A DNA stretch of 63,638 nt, filler included, from Ministeria vibrans ATCC 50519 (taxonomy: Eukaryota; Protista; Filasterea), in NCBI GenBank assembly GCA_943704425.1. It is 6 parts of 6 records of this genome, joined end to end, with 100 filler letters (N's around TTAATTAATTAA, not from the genome) between each part and the next. Parts side by side here need not be neighbours in the genome. Positions count along the whole stretch, not along the records: positions 12,765 to 37,749 come from CALSCP010001105.1; positions 37,850 to 39,813 come from CALSCP010000221.1; positions 39,914 to 41,726 come from CALSCP010000589.1; positions 41,827 to 63,638 come from CALSCP010002235.1; 2 more parts are not named here. One strand, written 5' to 3'. Each line of letters begins with the position of its first letter. Position 1 is the first letter of the stretch. Below are positions 35,523 to 46,655 of the stretch, piece after piece. The notes beneath the pieces were generated by a model, which saw nothing but the letters and a program-made list of their open reading frames with translations, did not search any database and was not told the origin of the DNA. A program made the translations under genes and the position numbers.

Positions 35523-36924
35523 CAAAATGTTGTTAATGAGTGCGCCTCATAATAATATAATATTGTAATTTTGCACTCACCTTTGACACTGGTCTTTTTG
35601 CACTTGAAACATGTGATTTGAGAGCGAAGGATACCAGAGAAAACGTCACTGATGATGGAGCGGCCGTCGGAGCCGCGCGCCACAACAAGATTCTCATGAC
35701 ACTGGTCGAGGATGCAGCGGAGAAACTCTTGCGAGTCTTGCTGCTGGAGACCGCGGAACATGGGGTTGGCACGACGCAGGGCCGTGAGAAGAGCGTGTGG
35801 CGCAACGTGCGATTGCGAGGACGACGCATTGTACATGGTTTGGAGCAACTGCGCAAAGGCACTGGCCATGTTGTCGGCCACGGGCACAGAGGCGCGGCAC
35901 TCAAGCAAGTACTGCGCAAGCGGCTCGCACGCAGCTAGACACTGAACCGCCGCATTCATGTAGCACGTGTTGCCAAGATTGGTCAGGCCACAAAGACCCT
36001 GGTTTGCAGAATAGTGCTGCATGGGCAGTGGCACCACCTCTCCAATGTCGCGCTTACTCCCCACCGCGTTCTTCTGCTCCTCCTCCTTCGCAAGGTCTCC
36101 ATCCAAGCTCATCCTATCCGCTGTCTCCGCCTCCTCGTCGTAGTCCCATACGTAATCGTTGCACAAATGGCAATATAACTGCAAAAAAGTAAAACAAAAA
36201 CAAAAAAAAATGCGTGTTTCAGTCAACCTCAAAACCAAAGTGTGTAGAAGGAGAGGAGAGAAGAGACGAGAAAAGAGAGAGAGATAAAAAATAGAAAAAT
36301 AAAATTTTTTAGTGTTACTGTTGCAGCGGACGGTGACACACCAAAGGAGTGAGCTTCCGTTTCAAAGTGAGCCGTACTGTGCGCATTTAACGTTATGCAC
36401 GTGACGCGCTCGCATTCTGAAAGAAACAAGCGAGACATAAAAGAGTGAGTGAGAGTGAGAGTGAGAGAGTAAGTAAGAGAGAGAGATAGAGCGAGATTGA
36501 AGGTGAGACAAAGGTGAAAAAACGGTCAAGTGAAAGCGCAGACGAATCGGAGAGTCACACGGCGACGGGATCCAGGAGGGTAGCAGACAGGGCAGAAGGG
36601 AGGACAGCAGAAGGACGAGAGGGCGCTGGTTGAGGCAGTGCGCACGAGAGACGGTCGCTCGAATATTTCGCGGCTGACTGGCACACAAGAGAGCACTTTG
36701 TGGGCCGCGGAGAGGCCGCTGCGGCCCACCCATGCACGCAGAGGGCTAGTCGAGACAGCGGCATGTGTGGGTACGGTACCTAGACACACAAGGAGGTCGC
36801 TGGCTTGCGCCTGGCATCCCGGCACCGAACAGTGTCGTTTGGCTCGTCCATCCTGTAACTGTTTGATCCGCTCCACCACTTTGGCGTGTGGCAAGTGCAT
36901 GTGAGTGCACGCGTGGCTCGCCAT
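33669..36924 (-). CDS. Ubiquitin carboxyl-terminal hydrolase USP20/USP33-like (ZnF-UBP, USP, DUSP)
   Basis: Cys box GLTNLGNTCYMNAAVQCL; QQDSQEFL; His box HRGGIGGGHYVAY...WYEHDD; DUSP-like PGKVNNND and PGPITNELL. Confidence 0.9.
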
Positions 36925-37061
36925 GTCCCTAGAGCAGTCGACTATACACTCTATTGACAATATTAATTTGAAGAAGAATATTCTCTCAAAATAATTGAAA
37001 AAACTGATTTCCAAACTTTTTCGTCATTCCTTTCTCTTTTCCCTCTTTTCTTACTTGAATC

Positions 37062-37630
37062 ATGTCGGACCATCGAATGAATCCCCATGTACATGCTCAA
37101 TTTCATCGAAAGAAAGGTATACCAGAGTTTTAATAATTTCGAGTTCAAAAATCAACGGTGCCGTATTTGCCCACAATCCCGGTCGGACACCATAGCATAG
37201 CATGCGGGCACTGTGAAACTAGTGAAATAGGGCAAAAATGCCCGTGTGTTAGTGTCTTTTTGGTGTTCGCCGGCCGGCGTTTGCTCTCGACCCTCTTCGC
37301 GCCCTCTCCTCTCGCTACGCGTTGGAATCCACCCCTTTTCTGCTCCTCCGTATCATTATATTGTTACGTATCAACCATTCCGTGCAAATACCGTGCGATT
37401 TACCGGCAGGTTTGGTTATAATTGGACGGTCGTTTGATACAAAAAAAAATTCAAAAAAATCGAAAGCAAAAAAACACCTCTCGTCCACTCTTAACCACTG
37501 CACTGTCGCGTTTTAGTGTTCCGTCTGCACTGCCGACACTGCACAGCACCGGTGTGTGTCCGAGGCATGAAAGCGATTCTCCTGGCCGATGCCCACATTG
37601 AGTTGTTCTCGACCGACGTACCTCCCACCG
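37062..37630 (+). CDS. FAM72: FAM72 family protein, 5' exons only (cut by gap)
   Basis: Exons 37062-37116 and 37517-37630 give FHRKKVFRLHCRHCTAPVCVRGMKAILLADAHIELFSTDVPP, the FAM72 signature (CxxC...RGMKAxLLAD...LFSTDxPP). Confidence 0.88.
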
Positions 37631-37671
37631 AGTCAGTGAAGCAATTTCAAAAAAATGCATACGGCTCACTC

Positions 37672-37743
<72 letters not shown>

Positions 37744-37749
37744 GCGCCC

Positions 37750-37849
37750 NNNNNNNNNNNNNNNNNNNNNNNNNNNNNNNNNNNNNNNNNNNNTTAATTA
37801 ATTAANNNNNNNNNNNNNNNNNNNNNNNNNNNNNNNNNNNNNNNNNNNN
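37750..37849. other. Artificial assembly linker
   Basis: N44-TTAATTAATTAA-N44. Confidence 0.98.
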
Positions 37850-39813
37850 TCACGGTGTGTCCCGAGGGTCAGTACCAGTCGCTGCAGGGTCAGTCAACGT
37901 GCGAGACGTGTCCGGCCGGCAGTTCGTGCTCTTCGGGTATCATTTCGGCGTGCCCTGCCACACAGTACCAGGCAAGCACAGGCAAGGCGTCGTGTGATGT
38001 GTGTCCCTCGGGATCGTACACGGCATCGACGGGTGCAACCGCCTGTGATGATTGTCCCGCTGCCAGCTACTGCAGTGGTGGCGTGAAGACACCGTGTGCG
38101 GCGACTGGCGAGTACTCGCTTGCTAATGCGGGTGCGTGCACTGGCTGTGAGGCTGGCCACAAGTGTAACAACGGCATCAAAGAGGCATGTCCGGCCACGA
38201 CCGAACAGCCACAGACGGCTCAGAGCACCTGTACTGTGTGCAACCCCGGTTACTACTCGGTGGGCACTGGCAACCCCACGTGTACCGAGTGCGAGGGTGG
38301 CTCATTCTGCACCATTGGTGTCAAGACTGTGTGCGCTGCGCGTACCTTCTCGACGGCGGGCCAGAGTGTCTGTACTGCGTGCCAAGCCGGCTCGTACAAC
38401 GACCAGGAGGGCCAGACCGTGTGTCCTACGTGTCCCCTCCACAAGTACTGCACGGAAGGACTCATTCGTGACTGTGCCGCCGGCTCGCACACTGCGACCA
38501 CAGGAAACAGTGTCTGCGTTGACTGTGCCCCTGCACACTTCTGTGTGGGCGGTGTCCAGACTGTCTGTGTTAATGGCGAGCACCAGCCGACTGGCGGTCA
38601 GGCTGCCTGTGTTGCCTGCTCCGTTGGACAGTACTGCGTCAACGGCGTGACAGCGACGTGCGCCGCAGGTCAGTACAACGAGGCGACGGGTCGCAGCGAC
38701 TGTGACGATTGCATTGCTCACTACTCGTGCAACGGTGGCGCCAAGACACCCTGCCCTGACGGCAAGTACCAGCCGACGACGGGCCAGTCAACTTGTCTCG
38801 CGTGTCCCAAGTACAACTACTGTCTGGCGGGCCAGGGTGCGGCGGTGTGTGTCGAGGGCTACTGGTCCGATGCGGGCGCGTCTCAATGCACTGTGTGTCC
38901 CACACACTCGTTCTGTACTGCCGGCGTGAAGCAGGTGTGTGCAGAAGGATCGTACACGGACAAGGACGGTCAAGCTGCGTGCACGACGTGTCCCATCTAC
39001 AACTACTGCTCGGTCGGTGTGAAGACGGTGTGTGCCGCAGGCACCTACCAGCACAGCACTGGTCAGGCAACGTGCGACGCGTGCAGCTTTGGACACTACT
39101 GCGAGGGTGGCAAGGAAGAGCCATGCCCGGTGGGACACAAGTGTATTGATGGTGAGCGCGTGATCTGTCCCAACGGCGAGTACCAGGAGGCGGGTGCCCA
39201 AGGCCACTGCGACCCCTGCCCGGCTCACTACTACTGCGTGCAGGGCAGCAAGTACCTGTGCGAACCTGGTCTGTACACGAGCGTGCAGGGCAAGTCACAG
39301 TGCGACAACTGCGAGGCGACCTATGCGTGTCTCAATGGTGTGCGCACTCAGTGTGCGTCGGGCACTCATCAGCCTAATGGTCTCCAGTCGACTTGCATTG
39401 ACTGCCGTGCCAACTACTACTGCACCGTCGGTGTTGAGACCGTCTGTGCCGAAGGTGAGTACACGTCGACCACACGCCAGTCGGTCTGCACCAACTGTCA
39501 GGCAACCTACTACTGCACGGCGGGTGTGCGCACTCGTTGTGCTGCTGGCCAGTACCAGACGTTGACAAAGCAGAACGCGTGCGTGGACTGCCCCGTCGGC
39601 AGTGAATGTAACCTTGGCGTGGCCACCGTGTGTGTTGCGGGTCAGCATCAGCCGCAGACGGGTAAGGCGTCGTGCCTTGACTGTCTAGCCGGCTACAAGT
39701 GCAACGCAGGTGAACAAGTTGCCTGTCCGGCAGGCACCTACCAGGGCGGCACCAAGGCGAGCGTGTGTCCCACGTGCGCCGAAGGCGACTACTCGGTGAG
39801 CACGGCAAACACC
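37850..39813 (+). CDS. Internal fragment of a large Cys-rich repeat surface protein (GCC2/GCC3, ephrin-receptor-like repeats)
   Basis: The whole contig is one ORF of CPxGxYQxxxGQxxCxxCxxxxYCxxG units; both ends are truncated. Confidence 0.85.
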
Positions 39814-39913
39814 NNNNNNNNNNNNNNNNNNNNNNNNNNNNNNNNNNNNNNNNNNNNTTAATTAATTAANNNNNNNNNNNNNNNNNNNNNNNNNNNNNNN
39901 NNNNNNNNNNNNN
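39814..39913. other. Artificial assembly linker
   Basis: N44-TTAATTAATTAA-N44. Confidence 0.98.
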
Positions 39914-39965
39914 GGGGGGGGGCGGGGGTTTAATTGAGACACATTAATATAATTATTTTGCACAG

Positions 39966-40571
39966 GAGGACTTTCGACGAATGACTGTGATTGGACAATT
40001 TAACTTGGGATTTATTGTGGCTCGATTGGGGCGTGATTTGTTCTTGGTGGATCAACACGCCAGCGACGAAAAGTACAACTTTGAGAGACTTCAGCTGACG
40101 GACCGACTGCGCACACAGACCCTAATGCGACCATTGGATCTTGATCTGACGGCCGTCAGCGAACAGGTTGCCATTGACCATCGGGGGGTGATTGAGGCTA
40201 ACGGGTTCACGCTGAGCGTTGATGAGACTCAGCCCATGACGAAGCGCGTGCGACTGCTCACCGTCCCGTACAGCAAAGGGACCACCTTTGGTGCGGCCGA
40301 TGTGCAAGAGCTGGTGTTTCTTCTGCGTGAGCGAGGCACACTCGCAGACGGTTCTTCGCCATGGTGCCGCCCGTCACGCGTGCGTGCCATGTACGCTATG
40401 CGGGCATGTCGCAGCTCCATCATGATTGGCACAGCCTTAAGCCACTCTCAGATGCGACGCGTTCTTGACCACATGAGTGAGATGGACCAGTGTTTCAATT
40501 GCCCCCACGGGCGTCCTACAATGCGCTTTGCCTGGCGACTCGAACCCGACGCGGACATGAAAGAGTTATAA
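39966..40571 (+). CDS. PMS2: MutL-family mismatch repair endonuclease, last exon
   Basis: VIGQFNLGFI; DQHASDEKYNFE metal motif; ACRSSIMIG; CPHGRP. Confidence 0.93.
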   Translation, partial: EDFRRMTVIGQFNLGFIVARLGRDLFLVDQHASDEKYNFERLQLTDRLRTQTLMRPLDLDLTAVSEQVAIDHRGVIEANGFTLSVDETQPMTKRVRLLTVPYSKGTTFGAADVQELVFLLRERGTLADGSSPWCRPSRVRAMYAMRACRSSIMIGTALSHSQMRRVLDHMSEMDQCFNCPHGRPTMRFAWRLEPDADMKEL

Positions 40572-41216
40572 ATAAATTACTAATCATAATAATTAATATT
40601 GCATTGTTTTTTGTGTTCAACAGGGCACGCCCCACTGTGGTATTGAGCGTGTTTAGAAGGTGGCATCGATTGTAGATGAGACCCGGCTCACTTTTTTAAG
40701 TCAGACTGACGTTTCCATGGAATTGACAGAGGGTGAGTTCACACACTTTTTTGGCAATGGTGGCCCGCTGTCGCGCGAGCGAGTGCGGAAAAGAATGTGC
40801 GGCGTATAAGCTGGACGGTGGAGATTGATGGAAAAGTCGTCGAGGGTTGAGGGCGAGTGAGCGACGGGGAGCTCACTCGAGCACCGCAAGTGTCAATGGA
40901 AAGGTTGATACTCTGGGGCTGGACTGAGGACTGTCATTTTCTGCCATTGTTTGCGTTGAAACTAGGACGGGAGTGGTGGCGGTGGTGGGGAGGAGGAGAA
41001 GGGAGAGAATCGTATGCAAAAAGTGTGTAATAATAATTCCTTAAAAAACAAGCCTACTCATCTCTTCTAGACTGCTACTCTGCTACTGTACTTGACTCCG
41101 ACCCTTTTTTTTCTTCACATCGAGCCTGTAAGAGATCTGTGCGTAGTACTTCCTGCCGTAGAATGTCGTGATCTCACCTGGCAAAGGGCACAGTGGCGCT
41201 TTACCATGTTTCAACT

Positions 41217-41302
<86 letters not shown>

Positions 41303-41726
41303 TCTCCCTCTCTCCCTCTCTCTCTCTCTCTCGCATGCGCGCGCCTCCAGCCCCTACTCGTCGCTTCAGTCCACCGTTGGGCAGCACGCGCGCCCGCGCT
41401 GTCGTCTCTGCTGCTGCGCCTGCCCATGTTTCCTCTTTCGACGCCTTCCCAGGCAATTCGTCCAGCCTCTCGCTCGCGTCTTCTTGCGCGTCGCCCCTCG
41501 ATGGTGCTGCGCCGCCCCGCCTGCCGTCCAAGAGTGGCGTCCGCCCCACTGCCATGTTCACGTTCTCCTTTTTCCTTCCCTCCTCCTGCTCCTCGCGCGC
41601 CCTCTCTCTCTCGCTCCTCGCACTCTTTACAGCTCACTCGTCTCCCACTACCTCGGGGTGCCCTTGCATCTGACGCCAAATGTCCCTCATGACATTCTGT
41701 CACTCTTTTTTTTTTTTTTTTTTTTT

Positions 41727-41826
41727 NNNNNNNNNNNNNNNNNNNNNNNNNNNNNNNNNNNNNNNNNNNNTTAATTAATTAANNNNNNNNNNNNNNNNNN
41801 NNNNNNNNNNNNNNNNNNNNNNNNNN
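41727..41826. other. Artificial assembly linker
   Basis: N44-TTAATTAATTAA-N44. Confidence 0.98.
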
Positions 41827-41939
41827 ACCCTAACCCTAACCCTAACCCTAACCCTAACCCTAACCCTAACCCTAACCCTAACCCTAACCCTAACCCTAAC
41901 CCTAACCCTAACCCTAACCCTAACCCTAACCCTAACCCT
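41827..41939. repeat. Telomeric tract (CCCTAA)n, about 19 units, at a contig start in chromosome-end orientation
   Basis: Perfect accctaaccctaa array beginning at the first base after the linker. Confidence 0.93.
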
Positions 41940-41966
41940 TTCCGCCAACTCAAACACGCGCACTAT

Positions 41967-42046
41967 CAGATATGGTGCTAGAATCGAATCAAAGGCTGCA
42001 CACCTGCAGATATGGTGCTAGAATCGAATCAAAGGCTGCACACCTG
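41967..42046. repeat. Perfect 40-bp tandem duplication, subtelomeric
   Basis: cagatatggtgctagaatcgaatcaaaggctgcacacctg at 41967-42006 and 42007-42046. Confidence 0.95.
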
Positions 42047-42171
42047 CCCCTTACATAGGAATACTCGTATCATCGACAAAGTGGTATATTCAATGCTTTC
42101 CTCAAATAAAAAAAATTAGTCCTTTTCACAACCCCAACTCACATCACTTAAAAGGGCGCGACCGCCTTCCA

Positions 42172-43975
42172 CTAGGTCGCCGTATCTGTCGTCGAGTACG
42201 TCGACGATGATAGACTGCCCGCGTTCTGGGAGGGGGGGGGGCGCCGCCATTGTCCGTCAGATGCCCTTCCAGCAGGAGGCTCATGGGAGACGTTCGTACA
42301 CTTACTGCGCCGGCTCTCTTGCCGCGCGATGTGACACGTTTCTACAAACGGGATGTGCTGCTGGCGATTAGCGTGCGCTGCAGCTGGAGCGGTCACTGGA
42401 GCACCAATGCCCGAGGCAACACCATCATCGACAGTCGTACGGTCGCTGGACTCCACTCGGACTGCCTTGAGACCCTTTTCTCCCGTGACGACGCAGAAGG
42501 TAACCGTGGAACCCTTCTGCAAAAACCAATTGCAAAACCGGCAGTGACTCAGTTAGTGCTTTCATGTGATATGCTGCAAGCCTACCTTCAGGAGATTGAA
42601 GTCCAGTCCTGTGCTGTCCGAAAATTGAAAGTAGAGTTGGCCTTTGAACTCATTACTCTTGATCCACCCATGATCGTGCTTGAGAGTGTTGATGGTGCCT
42701 TTGACCGTCTGCTGCAGATCCACTAACTGCTCCAGGGCTCTGTCGACACCAACAGCACCGCGACAAACCTCGACCGACCCCCCCGAGCTGAGTAGCCAGG
42801 CCTGACGCACGCGTCCGAGCAGACGGCAGTTTCGGAATGCTTGGTCGGGCTCCAGCACCGTCATCGCATGGTACGTGTAGTTCTCAGGCTCTCCGTTGTC
42901 TGGCGACGTGTGCGTGATCGGCTGGCGGGTCGTGATGGCCATGGCCAAGTCGTAGTGGTCGCTGTCACCGGAGAGAAAGAGTGGCAGAAGGAACTGCAAG
43001 GAACTCTTCCTCGACTGCTTGTCGCGGAACGCGTGCATGCGGGCTATGTCGAGGTCGCGCTTGGCCATCAACAACGTGTTGCTCAGCGCTGCCTTGAGCA
43101 TGTGTCGCTGCTGGGCCTCGTCCGTATACCCGTGACCTTCAAGCACTCTCTGAATCCGGTTGTGGCTCTTATCATCCTGCCAGAAGTGTTCATCGTTCGC
43201 GCCAACAATTTCGATGCGCGGGTCGAATTTCTCTTCGAAGCCGGGAAACCGCGCCACCTCGGGAAAGTCGGCGATGACCGCCAACGGATTGATCTCGTTG
43301 CGGATCCTGAAAAAAAACGCGCTTTTTTGTTGAGCTCACACGCAAATATCTTTCGGGTACCTCTTGGTAGCCTCCTCCTTCGTCTTCCAGGCCCACAAGT
43401 CCCACTTGGCGCCCCTGCTGAGACGAGTGTCGAGCTTCGGCGCGGGATTGGATCGCTCGCGAAAGAACGCATAGATCGGCTGCATGTCGTGCAGGAGGTC
43501 CAGTGTGAGGCCAGTGTCGATCACTATGAAACGGTGGCCGTCGCGGTCGCTGCCAAACTTGATCACACTTGTGTTCTTGTAAGCGTCCTACGGGGTAAGC
43601 GCGGAAATTTTCATCAGGGGAAGAATCTCAAATACCTCGTACAAGGACTTGTACCTCTTCGGTCGCCTGTTCATTGAGAGAAAGGGTATCGAGGTGCTGC
43701 TCGAAGGTGTGAGCCAGCCAGTAGTTGACGTAGATTTGAAGCGACATGCCAATCCACGATTCACGCCACATGTTCGACTTGTGCTGCAGCTCTTGAATCG
43801 CCTTCTTCATGCGCCCATTATGGGCGCCGCGGAGCTCCTTGCCATCAACTCGAAAATTTTCGGCATTGGCGAAAAGGTCCAACTGGTAGATGGTGCGACA
43901 TTCGCGTGATTCGCCAGCGTCGTCGTAAAGCTTCACTTGCTGCACTGGCAGCACAGGGACAACGCTTTCAGTCAT
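42172..43975 (-). CDS. DUF3825 + cold-shock (OB) domain protein, 4 coding exons, 537 aa
   Basis: Exons 43975-43655, 43587-43361, 43306-42586 and 42516-42172 join in frame through GT-AG introns. DUF3825-type motifs IDTGL...QPIYAFF, LQFLLPLFL...DLAMAI, YHAMTVLEPDQAFRNCRLLGR..QAWL. CSD VKGTINTLKHDHGWIK...LYFQFSD...KGSTVTF...GEKGLKAVRV. Confidence 0.8.
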
Positions 43976-44963
43976 TCCTAATGCACACAGATAGACAAAT
44001 TCAATCCACACTCTCTCATACCATTGATACCAATACAGCTCCCGACTGATTTGAGCTCAACAGCAGCGTAGAAACGTGATTTCCACCCATTGCTGAACAC
44101 AAGAAAGCTGTAACCGGTATGCGCCGACAAAGAAACGGAAAAATCGCGAACAAAATACGAAATAAGCGAGAACGCACACCACGCAAAATGAAGCCGTTTG
44201 CAACACCGGTACCCCACACCGATTTTAAAACCCCAACATGAACAAGGAACGCGATGGCATGCGTCGACAAAAAACGAAAAGAGAACATTCGCGTAAGCAA
44301 GAACACCTACCACGCAAAATCCCGGCCCTCTGCCGTCACACCTGCCGTCACACCGTTTGCACCACTAACATTACACACTATCCATACAACCCTGTAAAAC
44401 ACGGCGCGGTGTGGCATGCGCCAGTTGGAAAACGTCACCAAACGTCGCTTGGTCGACCAACACAAAAAGTGATAATACATTCAACTCCGCAAAAAATCGC
44501 ATCCCAGGGCATGTACCCACAACCCCGCAACCCATAGTACAGAAAACAACAACTTACTTTGAATTCTTAAGGAAAAATTCTGACTGTTGGTTGGTTTTTA
44601 TTTGATCGTCAGCTAGAGGCGGAAGTGGAGCGAGCAAGAAAGGCTCTCATCAAGACACAGCGGAAAGACGACAAGCGGGACTGATGGAAGAGGTTGTATG
44701 TAACTAGGAATGTTGAGTCTGTCATTGTTATTGTCTATACTACACGAATATAATAAATATTTAAGTCCTAATCGCAGGGTTGTTAACAGTCTTATTAAAA
44801 AGGTGAAGTAGATTAGTAGTGTAAGAAAGTATTAGTATGTGTGTATTCAGCGCTTGAAAAAGAGATATTGTATGTGCTAGGGTGTGTGTGCAGTGTTTGA
44901 GATCAGATATTGTATGTCCTGGGGTGTGTGTGCAGTTTTTGAGATCAGTTTTTGTTTTTTCAG

Positions 44964-45156
44964 GTATAATAACATTTTAGCCCTCGGAGTTCCCTCGGAG
45001 CGCACTTATCACACTGTTTTTCTAGCAAACAAAGTGTTGCGCTCTCAGCTGTCAGAGTTGTCTGGAAAGACACTTGGTTGTTGGTGTAAACCGGGTCCGT
45101 GTCATGGTGATGTATTAGTTGACCTGTTTGACAAAACAATACAAACAAAGATTTAA
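44964..45156 (+). pseudogene. DUF4326 C-terminal fragment
   Basis: LRSQLSELSGKTLGCWCKPGPCHGDVL is the DUF4326 signature. It follows a ttttttttcag acceptor, and the N-terminal YIGR/WGNPF part is not found. Confidence 0.75.
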
Positions 45157-45203
45157 ACAAAACAATAAACAAAGATTTTAACAAAACAACCCAAAGTTTG
45201 AAC

Positions 45204-45605
45204 ATGCCACCCCCAACGCCAGAATTGTCTACACACGACCGGCTTTCTCGTATGATTGAGTCCTTCAATTACATAAGCGAGAATTGCGGGGTTGGAAACA
45301 AACGAAAAAGCAGACGGCTCGCGGTTCAATTTGTGTCTGACGCCAACATCATTGACGACATGATAACAAGCACTCTTCAACGGCTACCCGAGACTCCATG
45401 TCCAAACGCAGTCAATGCGGCGAAGTGTTACGAGTGTGTTGACACTCTTGTCGGTCTACAACGCCTGTTGCAACTTCCCGGCTTGTTTGAAGGTAGTGGG
45501 CAAGATGACCACATACGCGACGCCATGCCCATTCTAGTGACCGCTGTGTGGAACCTTCGAATTTTCATTGAGAGAATGGCAAGCATTCTAATCATTTTGC
45601 ATTAA
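45204..45605 (+). CDS. Intronless hypothetical protein, about 133 aa
   Basis: Clean ORF after an A-rich spacer; its stop overlaps the stop of the convergent ORF. Confidence 0.5.
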   Translation: MPPPTPELSTHDRLSRMIESFNYISENCGVGNKRKSRRLAVQFVSDANIIDDMITSTLQRLPETPCPNAVNAAKCYECVDTLVGLQRLLQLPGLFEGSGQDDHIRDAMPILVTAVWNLRIFIERMASILIILH

Positions 45606-45928
45606 ACAATAGTTTCTTGTTTTTCTTCTTGTCTCTCTGTCACACTTGCTTTTGGAGAGGGTTCTTGTCTCTCTGACACACTTGCTGTTGGGGAGAGTTC
45701 TTGTCTCTCTAACCCACTTGGCTGTGTTGTTTGTTGTCGTTGTCGCCACAAGGATCGCATTGCCCCTACACTTGAAACAACGAAGAGAAGAGCGCCCACA
45801 CCAAGCAGAATGATCCCATCTCGCGTCAGAGTTTGTGTGTTTGTCGTTGCCATCGTCGCTCCAAAGGTCACAAGAACAACGCCAACCACAAACAAAATAC
45901 CGCCCGCTGCAACAACAAACTCCCACAT
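45602..45928 (-). CDS. Intronless small two-TM membrane protein with 12-aa C-terminal repeats
   Basis: Hydrophobic segments FVVAAGGILFVVGVVLVTFG and GIILLGVGALLFVVSSVGA; tail ERQELSPTASVS/ERQEPSPKASVT/ERQE. Confidence 0.6.
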   Translation of the reverse strand: MWEFVVAAGGILFVVGVVLVTFGATMATTNTQTLTRDGIILLGVGALLFVVSSVGAMRSLWRQRQQTTQPSGLERQELSPTASVSERQEPSPKASVTERQEEKQETIV

Positions 45929-46024
45929 TTTGATGAATTTGTGTGGTTTGTTTGAGTTCTGTTTTGCGAATCTGGAGTTTTAATTTGCAATTCATGAAAT
46001 AGAAGATGTATGTCTTCACCCTAG

Positions 46025-46515
46025 GCGACCTGTACTTTGAGGAGAACGAAAGCATTCTCGGTGACAAAGGGTTTTTTACCGCACACGACTACGCGGAGGA
46101 TCAGTCGGATTTGGAGAGTCTTCGAAAACTTTCCGAATCTCCCCATATGAATATCATCGGAATGTTTAAAGGTAGTAATTTTTTTTAATCGTGTCTACCC
46201 CCTAGGATAGGTAACAGCATTCAATTCGTACAATTAAACATTATGCCTATCTTTATGCGGGTATATGTAGGTTTCAAAAATCTCAAGTGTGCCGCCAAAC
46301 TGGAACTTGACGAGTCTTTGCTCGCGTGTGCGAGGCAGTCTGTCGAACAAACTTTTGGCCAGTGTGGCGGGCTATTTCCGATTTTGAGGCGAATGAAAAC
46401 GACGGGACACATTGTCGACTCGACCGCCGAGATCATTGGAGCAGTGTGCACTCTCTATCAGATGTGGTTTCCTCACCGAGGTGACCTCGCACATGTGAAA
46501 AATCGAAATTTGTAA
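46025..46515 (+). pseudogene. 5'-truncated PIF/Harbinger-type DDE transposase (DDE_Tnp_4-like), 2 exons
   Basis: Exons 46025-46171 and 46271-46515: ILGDKGF (second D), ARQSVEQTFGQCGGLFPIL (R..VE..FG...F.IL, catalytic E) and IIGAVCTLYQ (cf. I..CC.LHN). The first D and HTH region are absent. Confidence 0.78.
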
Positions 46516-46655
46516 TTGAAAAATGTGATGCGTTTGCTGTATCATTAATAAATGGGTTGTATTCTTCTTCCTCTTATTAATCTCTTATTAATCTCTCACA
46601 TAAATAACAGCCAACATTACTGTGTATGTATGTGGTCGCAGTACGTACACCAATA

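Noticed and set aside
37062-40571. Apparent FAM72-PMS2 DNA-repair cluster
   Set aside because: The genes are on different contigs separated by two linkers, so linkage is unsupported.
40701-41726. Possible 3' exons of a - strand gene
   Set aside because: No recognisable domain or consistent exon chain, and the contig is truncated.
42841-43677. 278-aa + strand ORF, and apparent frameshifts in the DUF3825 region
   Set aside because: The ORF is the antisense shadow of the - strand gene. The frame changes are fully explained by canonical introns, so no recoding or pseudogenisation is needed.
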